Positions 16,121-26,900 of a stretch of DNA of 64,000 nucleotides are shown piece after piece. Origin of the DNA: a virus; IMG/VR virus record IMGVR_UViG_3300045988_131485; one strand, 5' to 3'. The translations under genes were made by a program, and so were the position numbers. The notes below the pieces were generated by a model that saw only the letters and a list, made by a program, of their open reading frames with translations, did no database searches and was not told where the DNA came from. Position 1 is the stretch's first letter; each line of letters opens with the position of its first letter.

Positions 16121-19100
16121 TTACAAAGACTTGATTTTTTCTTCCAGTTCGGAGATGCGACGGTAAAGCGTTTGAATCATGTAGGTATTCAAAGAGATAA
16201 ACTCCCCATACCGCAGACGATAGAAAACGTCATCAATACCGTCTTTGGGATTGACTTCTTGGACAGGAGTAATTGTCAGGCCGGCAAAGTCATTCGTCGT
16301 CAAACCACTTTCCAACAATGCACGCTCAACGTCCTGCGCGATAAATCCAGTATGAAGTCTCTTAGACTTTCCAGCTTTTAGCTGATACTGAGTAGGTTTC
16401 AGCTTCATAAAGAAATTCTCGTACTTGTCCATTCTGTACTCGATCGCTTGCTTCAATCTCCTATCAGATCCGACCGAGATCTCTTCATCAGCAAACAAAC
16501 CATTGTTTGTAATGGTAAAACCATGATCCGGCGCCTGCATACGCACACCTTTGTTGGTCGCAATAAAGTAGTATTCATCATCACTTCCGTACATTTTAGC
16601 GCCGTAAGTAAAACTCACGCCGTCGCTGCCCCTCGCGCAACAGAATCCACCATACTCACTGCCAAGAGTGATCAAATCGGCGTCAATCTGACCTGCACGA
16701 ATATAGCTTGCATTGATATACAGCTTGCGCGTCGAAGAATCACTAAAAACGCCAAACTTTGTACCGCCATTTGTCAAAACATTAAAAACGTTTCGCTCAT
16801 TGACGGTCGCATCGCTTCCGTCCATACCATCCTGGCCGTCTTTACCATTCTGACCGTCTTCACCGCGAATCTTAATCGCCGAAGTCCAGGTCACTCCGCC
16901 ATCGTAGGTATAAGAAGCATAGAGATCTCCGTCATTGATAGACTTGTGCCAACTGGTACTTCCCCTGGACGGATACGAGTTGTATGACCCGGTAGGAGGT
17001 GAGGCGGCAATACTGCAATACAACACCAAGCACGGGCTGTTGCCGCTGCCCCAAGTAATGCTGCCGTCCGCCATATTGATGCTGCCCTTCATAGTGACAT
17101 TGCCGGACGGATCGACATAGAACGCGCCGTTGTTTACATCAATACCGCAGCCTTTCAGCCATCCACCAGATTGTGGATCGGCGGTCAGATTTCCGCTCAG
17201 TCTTGAGGCAGAGAGCGTACCACTAAACTCGCCATCTCTTGCGTGCAGTGTGCCGTCTCGCTTTACCCAGAATTTTGCATTCTCAGGTTTTGTAGCACCC
17301 GCCCAAATCGCATACAGCGAATTGGTATCCCTGGAAGAGTTGAGGGCAACAAAAGTAGAGTTTGATCCACAATGAAGCTCATTCTCGGCCAGTTCCCACC
17401 CGCCAATCGAACCGGAGTCGGCCTTGATTCTTCCTCTGAAATAAGCGCTGCCATCTCGAAGATCCAGATAGAAGTTTGCGTTCTCAGGCATACCGTCCGC
17501 ATCGAACTTGATATCGCCCCAATCGTCAATAAACTCCGGGGTCACGGTTGTACCGTTAGTATTGAACAGGAGCTTATTGCCGGCCACGATACCATACTTC
17601 GGATCGAAGATCATCAGGCCACCGTCGTCATGCTGCATAATGTACGAGGCGTTATACAACCACGCTCCGGTGGCGTCCACCTTGAATTGCATTACGCCGT
17701 TATCGTTGGCGTTCTCCAAGACGAGGTTGTTACCAATAATGAGACTACCCGCAAGCAGTTCTGTATTGATACCCCATGTCTCTCCAATCAGGATATCGTT
17801 ACCCTTATCATCTTTGAGACCTGTTTTCGCATCGGAGTAAAACCGACCGATACCCAGTTTAGCAGTCTTCCAACCATCATCAGTCATGGCAATCATGTTG
17901 TCCACGATACGCAGTTGATACTTACTGTCACCGCCCACTTGGATACCCGCACCATTGATCACAACGCTCTGATTACTTGCGCCAATAATGGTGTTTACTG
18001 CCGCATTCAAGGCGTTCTCCATAAACTGCGAAACCTGAGTAGTCTTATTCGCAGTTCTGTTGTAGAGGTATTTGCTGGTATCAAAACTGCGGCTGGACGC
18101 ACTGACCTTATTGACCTCACTCAGCCAATTCGCAACTACGTCACGTTTTTGGAAACGATTAGAAAAGGTCAATGTCAACTTCTCGGGGTTCTCAAAGTCC
18201 AGAGCTACCCCGATCAGCTTCGGCTCGATCACACCACCATCACCGACGTTCAGATAAATGCTCTTGCCGAACTCCAATTTATTCTTAAACGGCTCAAATT
18301 CTTTCTGGAACAAGAAATTAGCCGTATCAATGGAAAACTCGTAAACAGGCCATGCCCATTCATCCAAAAGCTCTTCGCCAAATGCGTACAGCTCTTGCGC
18401 CACAGAATATTTTTGATACTCGTTCACATTTACTGTGAAAAACAGCTTGGATGTGCCCGCCTCAAAAGAAATCTGGGTGCCTTTGTTCTCCGTTACCCCA
18501 TCCTGAGAAACAGGAGAAATATCACTGCTGAACTGAGAAAGTATGCCAGATGCAGTAACAAGTCCGCTCGGGAAGCTATGCTCATCAAACGTCGTAGATC
18601 CCATGTACACCGTCAGTACATATTCGTTTGTACTTGGGTTAACCTCCAAAGTACCACGCACAATGTCTGCCGTCAGCTTTGCGCTGGCAATTTTCAAAAC
18701 GCCGCCCGCAATAGCATACATACTTTTACCGTTAAGACTTGCCTGTGCAATATCAGCCCCGGTCAATGTAACCTCCCCCTGCAATGTGGAGATGGCACCA
18801 GAAGCCGATGTATCTACATCGGTCGCAACGAAAGTTTCTTCTGCCGCTTCGCCCTCAATCAAATAGTGGTTGAGGATTTTTTGTTCGGCTTTTGTGAAAT
18901 ACTTGGAAATAGACAGCTGCTCTACAACACCCTGAATATCAGTGGTATACCGATCAATCTCTGCCTGCAAATTCGCAATCACTGTTTCTTGCGCCTCAAT
19001 CTCAGAGTTCTTTGCAGAGATTTTCTCATTGATCTCTGTCAGCTGTTGCTGTTGACTTGTCTTTCCAGCGGCAGTGGATTCCAGAGCCATTGCCTGGATA

Positions 19101-20089
19101 ATTACGCTTTGTTGTGTAGTCAGGACTTCCAAATCGCCTTTCAGCGAAGCGAGTGTCGCTTCCTCCGCCAGCCTTTGGGCGGTTCTGGATGCCCGTGCTG
19201 CTACCAGATTGGTGTAGTGAGTTTGGTTGCTTTTAATTGCAGCATTCCAGCTCTTGACACGCTCGGCCAAAGTAACTGTGCTGCCCTCGGCGATCACATC
19301 AAAATCGCCGTTGGAAATGAAGTATGACAGGTTTACCATGTAGTCTGTGCCGATCGGGTTTACATCCCGAATACTCAGGTCGTCCGATCCGTACAGATGG
19401 AGCTTTGTCACCATATCATCGGTAAGCTCTTCCAGATCAACCGCGTCCACCAAATTCTGATAACTCAGATAGATAGGTACGGTTCCACGGCTTTTGCCCG
19501 CGTCGTAAGCACTAATTGTCCTGGCGTACACGTCAAACACAATCGTGCAGTTATACTTCTCCATAGCACTGCCATAGCAAAAACTCAAGGCGTCGCTATC
19601 GTACTCGTCAAAGGTGCGATAACATCCAATCAGCTTGGGGTCAACATACCCAATATTCCATGTCGTATCCAATTCCAGAATACGGCCCAGAATAGTATCC
19701 TCCGGCTGAACAGGATTCCAGAAGTTATACGTTCCTTCTTCCAAATAGAGTTTCTTTTTCTCAAAAAGCTGCTCAATAGAGTATCCGGTAATATGCTTTA
19801 CCTCAGATACACCGTCACCTGATGTAGCCGGCCTCTGAAGAATGTAGATACCAAGCTGTTCGGTAAACAGCATTTTGTAGCTGGTCAGCAAATGATAAAC
19901 CGGATTGATTTTCCCATCGGAATGCCGAGGGACATCGAACTCAACGCGGCTTACATCCGCATAGTTCAATTCAAAATTAAGGTTGCTGACCCAAGGGATA
20001 ACCCCAAGCTCTTTACCGGCCAGAGTCTGCAACCGCAAAGTGGGCTGCTTAATCTGGCTGGCTTCCAATTTAGAATAATCCAGATACAC
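16121..20089 (-). CDS. Tail-associated lysin/tail tip protein (Tal, prophage-tail family) with collagen-like tract and C-terminal S74 intramolecular-chaperone domain
   Basis: 1322 aa directly after Dit. (GXY)6 GEDGQNGKDGQDGMDGSD. C-terminus SDRRLKQ...GFIAQDVE...YGEFISLNTYMIQ matches the S74 autoproteolytic chaperone. Confidence 0.8.
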   Translation of the reverse strand: MYLDYSKLEASQIKQPTLRLQTLAGKELGVIPWVSNLNFELNYADVSRVEFDVPRHSDGKINPVYHLLTSYKMLFTEQLGIYILQRPATSGDGVSEVKHITGYSIEQLFEKKKLYLEEGTYNFWNPVQPEDTILGRILELDTTWNIGYVDPKLIGCYRTFDEYDSDALSFCYGSAMEKYNCTIVFDVYARTISAYDAGKSRGTVPIYLSYQNLVDAVDLEELTDDMVTKLHLYGSDDLSIRDVNPIGTDYMVNLSYFISNGDFDVIAEGSTVTLAERVKSWNAAIKSNQTHYTNLVAARASRTAQRLAEEATLASLKGDLEVLTTQQSVIIQAMALESTAAGKTSQQQQLTEINEKISAKNSEIEAQETVIANLQAEIDRYTTDIQGVVEQLSISKYFTKAEQKILNHYLIEGEAAEETFVATDVDTSASGAISTLQGEVTLTGADIAQASLNGKSMYAIAGGVLKIASAKLTADIVRGTLEVNPSTNEYVLTVYMGSTTFDEHSFPSGLVTASGILSQFSSDISPVSQDGVTENKGTQISFEAGTSKLFFTVNVNEYQKYSVAQELYAFGEELLDEWAWPVYEFSIDTANFLFQKEFEPFKNKLEFGKSIYLNVGDGGVIEPKLIGVALDFENPEKLTLTFSNRFQKRDVVANWLSEVNKVSASSRSFDTSKYLYNRTANKTTQVSQFMENALNAAVNTIIGASNQSVVINGAGIQVGGDSKYQLRIVDNMIAMTDDGWKTAKLGIGRFYSDAKTGLKDDKGNDILIGETWGINTELLAGSLIIGNNLVLENANDNGVMQFKVDATGAWLYNASYIMQHDDGGLMIFDPKYGIVAGNKLLFNTNGTTVTPEFIDDWGDIKFDADGMPENANFYLDLRDGSAYFRGRIKADSGSIGGWELAENELHCGSNSTFVALNSSRDTNSLYAIWAGATKPENAKFWVKRDGTLHARDGEFSGTLSASRLSGNLTADPQSGGWLKGCGIDVNNGAFYVDPSGNVTMKGSINMADGSITWGSGNSPCLVLYCSIAASPPTGSYNSYPSRGSTSWHKSINDGDLYASYTYDGGVTWTSAIKIRGEDGQNGKDGQDGMDGSDATVNERNVFNVLTNGGTKFGVFSDSSTRKLYINASYIRAGQIDADLITLGSEYGGFCCARGSDGVSFTYGAKMYGSDDEYYFIATNKGVRMQAPDHGFTITNNGLFADEEISVGSDRRLKQAIEYRMDKYENFFMKLKPTQYQLKAGKSKRLHTGFIAQDVERALLESGLTTNDFAGLTITPVQEVNPKDGIDDVFYRLRYGEFISLNTYMIQTLYRRISELEEKIKSL

Positions 20090-20104
20090 CTCTGGCCTCC
20101 TTTC

Positions 20105-20890
20105 TTATGCTCCGACGTTATAAAGATATCGACCGCTGATCGTTACACTCCCAGTTCCAGTGAATACCAATTCATTGTCTCCGGGTTCCAACTCCAAAAA
20201 CACAAAATTGAAGTGTTCATAAAGATCGTAGCCAGAAACTTCCTCGGTAACTACCTGGTTCTCATTGTCAACGCGGATAGACAAACTGCTTCCCGGCAAA
20301 TTATCAAACCGCATTTCTGCTCCGGTCGTCTTGTTCTTTACTGCAAAACTGGTACAGCCGGCAGCAAGAGTGACCAACATTTCTGGGCGCAACTTTTCCA
20401 TGCAGGTACTGTCGTTGTAAAACCGCACCGCTGTTCCCCCGCTGATTTGATAGGTCTTCGCAAATGGATAACTATATCCATATGGGCAGTCGCAGATGAT
20501 TTTAGCTTCAAACGCCATAGGCACCCAGCTGAGATGAATAGGCGTCAGTTCCTGAACAAGACACCGGAATTGAATATGCTCCATATCCGGCTGATCAATA
20601 CTGAGCCATTGGTACTCCTGATACCCTGTCAGCCATTTTGAAACCGCCTGCATTTCATAGCGATCCAACTTATGATCTGCTCCGAAAATCAACGTAAAGC
20701 TCAACGGACTATCGTTATATCGCACACCATAGTGGATCGGCGCAACACGATTTGCCAGCCGCGTCTCCACCAGATTTGCTTTATTGCCAAAACTATTGGC
20801 ACTATGTTTATTGCTGGACATATCCGCAATGTACATACCAAACATGGAAGCGGGCATACCAGCATAGGTAAATTCATAGCTTTTGAACAT
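20105..20890 (-). CDS. Distal tail protein (Dit, Sipho_tail-like)
   Basis: 261 aa located between the tape measure and Tal. Confidence 0.7.
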   Translation of the reverse strand: MFKSYEFTYAGMPASMFGMYIADMSSNKHSANSFGNKANLVETRLANRVAPIHYGVRYNDSPLSFTLIFGADHKLDRYEMQAVSKWLTGYQEYQWLSIDQPDMEHIQFRCLVQELTPIHLSWVPMAFEAKIICDCPYGYSYPFAKTYQISGGTAVRFYNDSTCMEKLRPEMLVTLAAGCTSFAVKNKTTGAEMRFDNLPGSSLSIRVDNENQVVTEEVSGYDLYEHFNFVFLELEPGDNELVFTGTGSVTISGRYLYNVGA

Positions 20891-20944
20891 TGTCTTCCCT
20901 TCCTTGCTATATGAAAGGGACGCCCGAAATTGGGCGTCCCAATC

Positions 20945-23900
20945 TTATCTCCCGATTCCAATGAGCCGTCCAATCTGATTGACCATATCGCGTGTAACCT
21001 TGATATGCTTATCAACCGTAGACTGGTCGGCACCATGAATGATCGTATCGCCAATCTGCACTTCAATGGGTCTGCTGTTGTTGGTGATATTATTTACCGT
21101 CTTACTGCCGCCTACCTGCTTCATCACATCAGACAAAGTAGACTTGCCAGCATAATCCGGCAGATCACTCATTGCGTCAGAGAGCATATTGATACGATCC
21201 ATCTGTGTGGTCAGATTGTCCACCATCTGTTCGCTCAATACCCACTCCTTGGTTTTCAGCAGAGAGAGTTGTTCGTTGGACTTGATATCTCCTCCGCCGA
21301 CAATGCCACCCTCATGATAGGTGTACTTTCTGTACTTATCGTACAGCAGTTGCCCACCCACGCGATCTGCGTACCAAACACCATCACTGCCGCGCACCGC
21401 AGTAATGCCATACTGTGCCAGCTGTGCGCCAAGCTCAAGATTGCGCCGGTTCAGATAGAGCTTGCCGGCAGCATCTTCATAAGCGTGCTGCTTGCTGTTT
21501 GCATACATTTCTTTGATGATCGCATGGATCATATCTTCGCCGCTGGAGCTATTGTCGTAGGTAGCATTCCCAACTTGGAAATTTGTTCCGCTGGACTGCG
21601 TGGCCTTGATGTCTCCTCCGATACTTCCCAGAGCAGACACGTAACTTCCATACCGTTGTGCAGCAGCCAAGCAGTTATCCCAAGCATTCGTAATATCACT
21701 GTTCAGCACATCACCATACTGCGTGTTCCAACTGATCAGCTCGCTATACAGCGTATCCCAGTGAGACTCGATATAAGAGATTGCCATATCATAGAGCTTC
21801 TGATGAGAAGAGATACTGTCTTCCAGAATCCCAATTTCCTTATCCTTCTCATCATGATAGGACTCTTCCATCTTATCCAGAGCGTCCTCCTGAGCCTCCA
21901 GTGTTCTGTCCGCCTGTTCGTCGGCCAAATCAGACTGAAGCTCACTCAGTTCTTTGAGCAACGCCGCTTTTTCAGCCTGAGCTTCGCGGCTGTCATCCAG
22001 AGAAAGCATATCAATACGAGCTTGCAGCTTCGCAATCTCACGCATTTTAGATGCCATGGTCTTCTGGTGATCTGCCTCGTCTTTGCTGGCCTCCAATGAC
22101 TGCTTCTTCAGGTCGATAATTTCAGAGTACGCATCCTTCATGTCCTCCAATCCGTCGATCTGATCTTGGATACGCTGTTTCAGCATATCCATTACATAAT
22201 CGAGGATGTCGTTCAATCCGTTCTGCATCTCCTCTAACTCGTCCGTCACGCCACCCACGGTTTTACCAATGCTCTGTACGGCACTGTCCGCCATAGCCCG
22301 AATTGCATTGATATTCCGCAACGCCGCTTGGTACTGATCTTCGTCCAGTCCAGCCAAAGCCAGATTTGCATAGACCAATCCCCAAGTTGCGTTAGTAGCC
22401 TGTTCGGTTGCATACAGCAAATTATTCAGAGTTGCGATATCGCCCTCAGACTTTGCCATACGAAGCGCTTCTACATAGGCCAAAGAACTCTCAATCGCCA
22501 TCTGCTGCGTCCGTGCGGCAATAACCGCTTGGATGCGCTCTTCGTTGATGACAAGCTGCCCATTCTCATCAATCAGGTACGCTACGTACTTCTGCCCAAG
22601 CCCGATAATACTCTGCAAAGTATCTACGGTAATGAACCCGCTCTGGGCATACTCGTCCGCCGCGTCATGGAGTGTGTCATAAACATTTTGGATAGTATCA
22701 ACCGCGTCGGAAGCCTCTTCAACGATACCATCCAGAAGCTCCATAATCTGCTTACGGGCTTCCTTGATATCCTGTCCAAGTTCTTTCCAACTTTCCGAAC
22801 CGTCACGATTTTCCTCGTTCAAGTCCGTCAGAGAATTGATAAGATCCTCAGTTTCCTTCCTCAAACCATTTGTGGCCTCCTGCAGAGTGTCGTATCCACC
22901 CTTACTATCGGCCACCAGCTCATTCAGGTGCTCCATGTTTGCGATCCAAAGTTCATTGGTATCGGCGTTATACTGTACCTCGAACCCCAGATCTCGCAGC
23001 GCCTTAACGTTGGAAGAGATCGTGCTTTCCCTTTGGTCATTCAGATTTTGCAGCGCCTCTTGCTCACGCTGATAGGCACCAATCAGCTGACGCTCCAAAA
23101 GGATTTTCTCTCTCAAATCGTCAGAGTTATCAATTTTGGTTTCAAGCTCCGCTCTGGCCTCTTGTGTCTTGCGCAGCCGTTCAACCGCCTCTCGATAGTC
23201 GTCAATGGTAGCGACATACTCTTCGGCATCTTTCTTAGAGCTGCTACCCGACTTCGTATCGCTCTTGAAACTCTTCAAAGGCGTATTTTTCAACGCCTGC
23301 AAAGCCGCGATTTGTCCATCAATCTGGCTGATCGCGTCTTGGTACTTGGAAACATCCAGTTCAATCTGGGAAATAAAGTCCTCCAGATTGCTTTCCTTAG
23401 CGGTGTAGGAATATTCTGTCCCCTTAAAGCTACCGCTTGTCAGGTTGAGCTTAATGCCACTACCGCCAGTACCACCACCAGACCCACCTTGTACGTCAGC
23501 CGATCCAGCTACTGTACCGCTTGCAACACCAGCAATAGCCTTAGCTGTCTGGTGTGCCTGCTTTGCGACAGAAGCAAGATCCGTCTTTACGCTGGTCAGG
23601 TTGTTGTACATCGTCTGCGCCAGATCATAGGCAGCTTGATTAAAGTTGCCATTTACATCCGTGCAGACCTCAGCCGCTACCCGGTTGAACTCTTCCGCAT
23701 TTTGAGCCATAGCAGCCGCCGCCAGCTTAAACGCAGTCGCCTCATCAACGCCAGCATCAATCAGAGCCTGAGCAACAGCATTACCGGCATTGATCCGATA
23801 CTCCGCCAGCTCTTTTGAGATATCTCCCTCACCCTCAGCAACTGCTTTGGCAAGGTCAAGCTGCGTCTGAGCTGCTTCCATCTTGGCCTGCAAGACTGCC

Positions 23901-26900
23901 TTTTCAGCTTCCAGCTGGGCAATTTGCCCATCAATCTGAGCATCCAATTCAGCCTTTTTGCCTTGAATGAAAGAGTTTACTACGCCCTCGTTAAGGATAA
24001 TCTGACCATCAGCCGCTACTTGGGCATTGTTCATGATCTCAGGATAGACCTTGGCGAACTCCAAAGCCTTATCCAATGACATGGTAAACCCGTTGGCTAC
24101 CTCAGCCTGCAAATCTGCAAGCGTCTGGAAAGAATCAGAGATAGTATCAATGGTAGTTGCAACATTCGAGAAGTTTTGCAAGGCAGAAGTATATGCGTCC
24201 AGATCACCAGTGATTGAACCGTACAAACTGCTGTAGATCGCCAACTTGCCCTGGTTTTCAGCAATCGCCTCGTTGTTTTTCTTGATTTCCTCTGTAGCGT
24301 TGCCGATCATGCCCAACCACAGACCACCATCATTGCCAAGGTTACGCTGCTCCTCGTAATACTTAATGCTCTCTTGCAGGGTGGCGTTACGCTCTTGAAG
24401 CGAGTCGATCTCCTTTTGGATCTCGTCCATCTCGCCCTGCATTTTAGCATTAGCGTTTTCTTTCCATGCCGCTGTGTTGAGCTTTACGACGCCGTTCTCC
24501 TCGTAGAGGTAGTCCAGATATTTTTCCTCAGCACCGGCAAGAGACTCAATAGTTTCAGCAGACAATCCGCCGCCACCGGCCATATCACTTTCGGCAGACG
24601 CCAAAGCATCATACGAAGACTGCAACCCCGAAATAACATCGGTCAGTTTTTCCAGCTGTGCGATATATACAGAAGTGCCACCGTTGTTTGTGGCCTGTTG
24701 CATTGCTCCGCTGAACTCCGGGAAGGTATCGTTGGCAAGCTCCAAAAGGATCTTCTTATATGCCTCAGAATACTCCGTGCTATCCTTGATCCCCTGGATA
24801 TATCCGTCGAAAGCATCCTGAGTATTGATATCAGTAGTTTTCAGCGTCTCTCCAAGGTCAATGACCGCCTCATTTTTGAGGAAGTTCTCTTGAGCGGAGT
24901 TATAATCGTCTACGAGTCCCTGATAAAACTCAATCTGCTGCTGAACGTTGTTGAGGACATCTTGGGATGAGTCCCCAAGCCAGCTATCAGCCATGCTTTG
25001 CCAACTATCGTCACTCAAAAGTACGTGCTGGAGTTCTTTGTACATTGCCAGGACTTCTTCTGCGTTCTTTCCTGCCAGTGCATAGCTAATACTGATTTGC
25101 CCGTTGACATTTTCCCACGCATCATTAACATAACCGATCTTTCGCAAAATCTGGTCAATGCCACCTGCGTCAGTAACAACGCCAAGGAAATTCGTTCCAG
25201 AACCTTCAGCGTTGATACCTTGGTTATATCGTGACATTGCATCACGGTACTTGGTATCCAAAGTATCTCTGGCGTCATACGCTGCTTGCAGTTTAATGTT
25301 GTCGAGCTTCTTGATCTCGTCATCCAGCTTGCCATTAACCAGATCAAGATTATCAGCCTGCGCCCCAACCAGATCCGTGATATCTTTCTGGATGCGCTTC
25401 GCCGTCTCTCTGGCAGAAGAGTCGAAGTCACCGGCAGTTGCCAGCTCTTTATACTCTGCAATCAGATCGGCAAGCGAATTACGCTGATCATTAGCCGCCT
25501 CCGCAGCCTCAGTCATAGACTGACGAGCTTCTTCTGCCCGTTGTTTTACGCTTTGCCATACCTGAGCCAAAGCCATGACAGCAGTAACTGCCAGGGTAAT
25601 CCATGTCATGGGGTTAGTCGCCATCGCCGCAAATGCGGCCTTGGCGTTGGCACCGAGAACCTTCAAAGAAAATGCCTGCTTCTCATTCGCTGCGGTCTGT
25701 TGCAGAGCAGCAACGATTGCTTCTTTCTGAGCAGCCGTCAGTTTCTTGGAGTTTAGGATCTCGGTCATCATTGCGGCGGTAATCTGCTCGGTCGTCCGCT
25801 TCTCGGTAGCTTTCGCCATATTCTTGGCAAGCGTAGCAGCAGTCGTTTTATCCGTAGCAGCCTTTTCCGCCAACTCTTGGATCGTATATCTCTGTGCAGA
25901 AGCAATCAGACTGGTCATTGTCATGACCTGCTTCTTCTGCTCCGCAGTCAGTCCAAGTGCGCTCATTGCTGCCGCACGCTGAGACTTATCAAGTCCCATC
26001 AGCTTAGTAGCATAATACTGTACACTTGTGGCGCTACCGTCCATAACCACGCCAGACGCTCTTATAGCCTCTGTCACCGGAAGGACAGTGCTCTGGAGCA
26101 TATTCATTTCGGCACGGAATTTATAAATCAACGCAATCGCACCAACAAGACCGATTGTACCAAACAATCCCAGCTTCTCCGTCAGCTCGTCAATCCCGTT
26201 GGAAACAAGGTTCAAAGCATCAACAACGAGCTTCATATCGTCGGTCTGGAACAGGTTCTGAGCCACACCAACCCATGTTTCTTTCAGTGCATTCAGCTTA
26301 TAATCCAACGATTGCGTAATCTTGTCCATCTCGCGTCCTGCGCTGCCGGCGCTCTCTTCCATCTTTACGATGGCACTACGCGCCTGATCAAAGTTGGACA
26401 AAATCGCGGCACCAATCTGGGCCTGCCGTTTACCGAACAGAGCCTCCAAAAGGTTAGCTCTATTCTTATCGGTCAGCTCATCCCAGATATCCGCAATATC
26501 GGACAGAATGTCATAGGTAGAACGATAAGTCTCGGGATCGTCCGCCTCAAACAAACTGATACCCCGGTTATTATTGCTTGCGACCTTAGTGAGATCGGCA
26601 ATCGTACCGGTCAATTCGGACACGTCTGCGGAGTATTCCTCCGTCTCCTCATCATAGCCACGGATACGCATTGACAAGGTTTTCAGACCGTTACCAACCG
26701 TCGCCGCGTCTCTTGTGATTTCGATAGCGGCGGTCGCCAGAGCTACCGTTTCCTCAAATGTATTGTTTGCAGCAGCCATAGCAGCAGAGCTACGGGTCAT
26801 AGCCTCCACAATATCACCGTTGGACACGGCGAACTTATTACCCACTTCGTTGACCTTGGAGATAATACCATCCAAAGAGTCTTCAACATCGAGGTCGTAA

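Noticed and set aside
17372-19327. 651-aa plus-strand ORF
   Set aside because: It lies entirely antisense within the Tal gene. It has no SD, an odd composition (Cys/Arg/Ile-rich), and no motifs. It is a shadow ORF of a long minus-strand gene.
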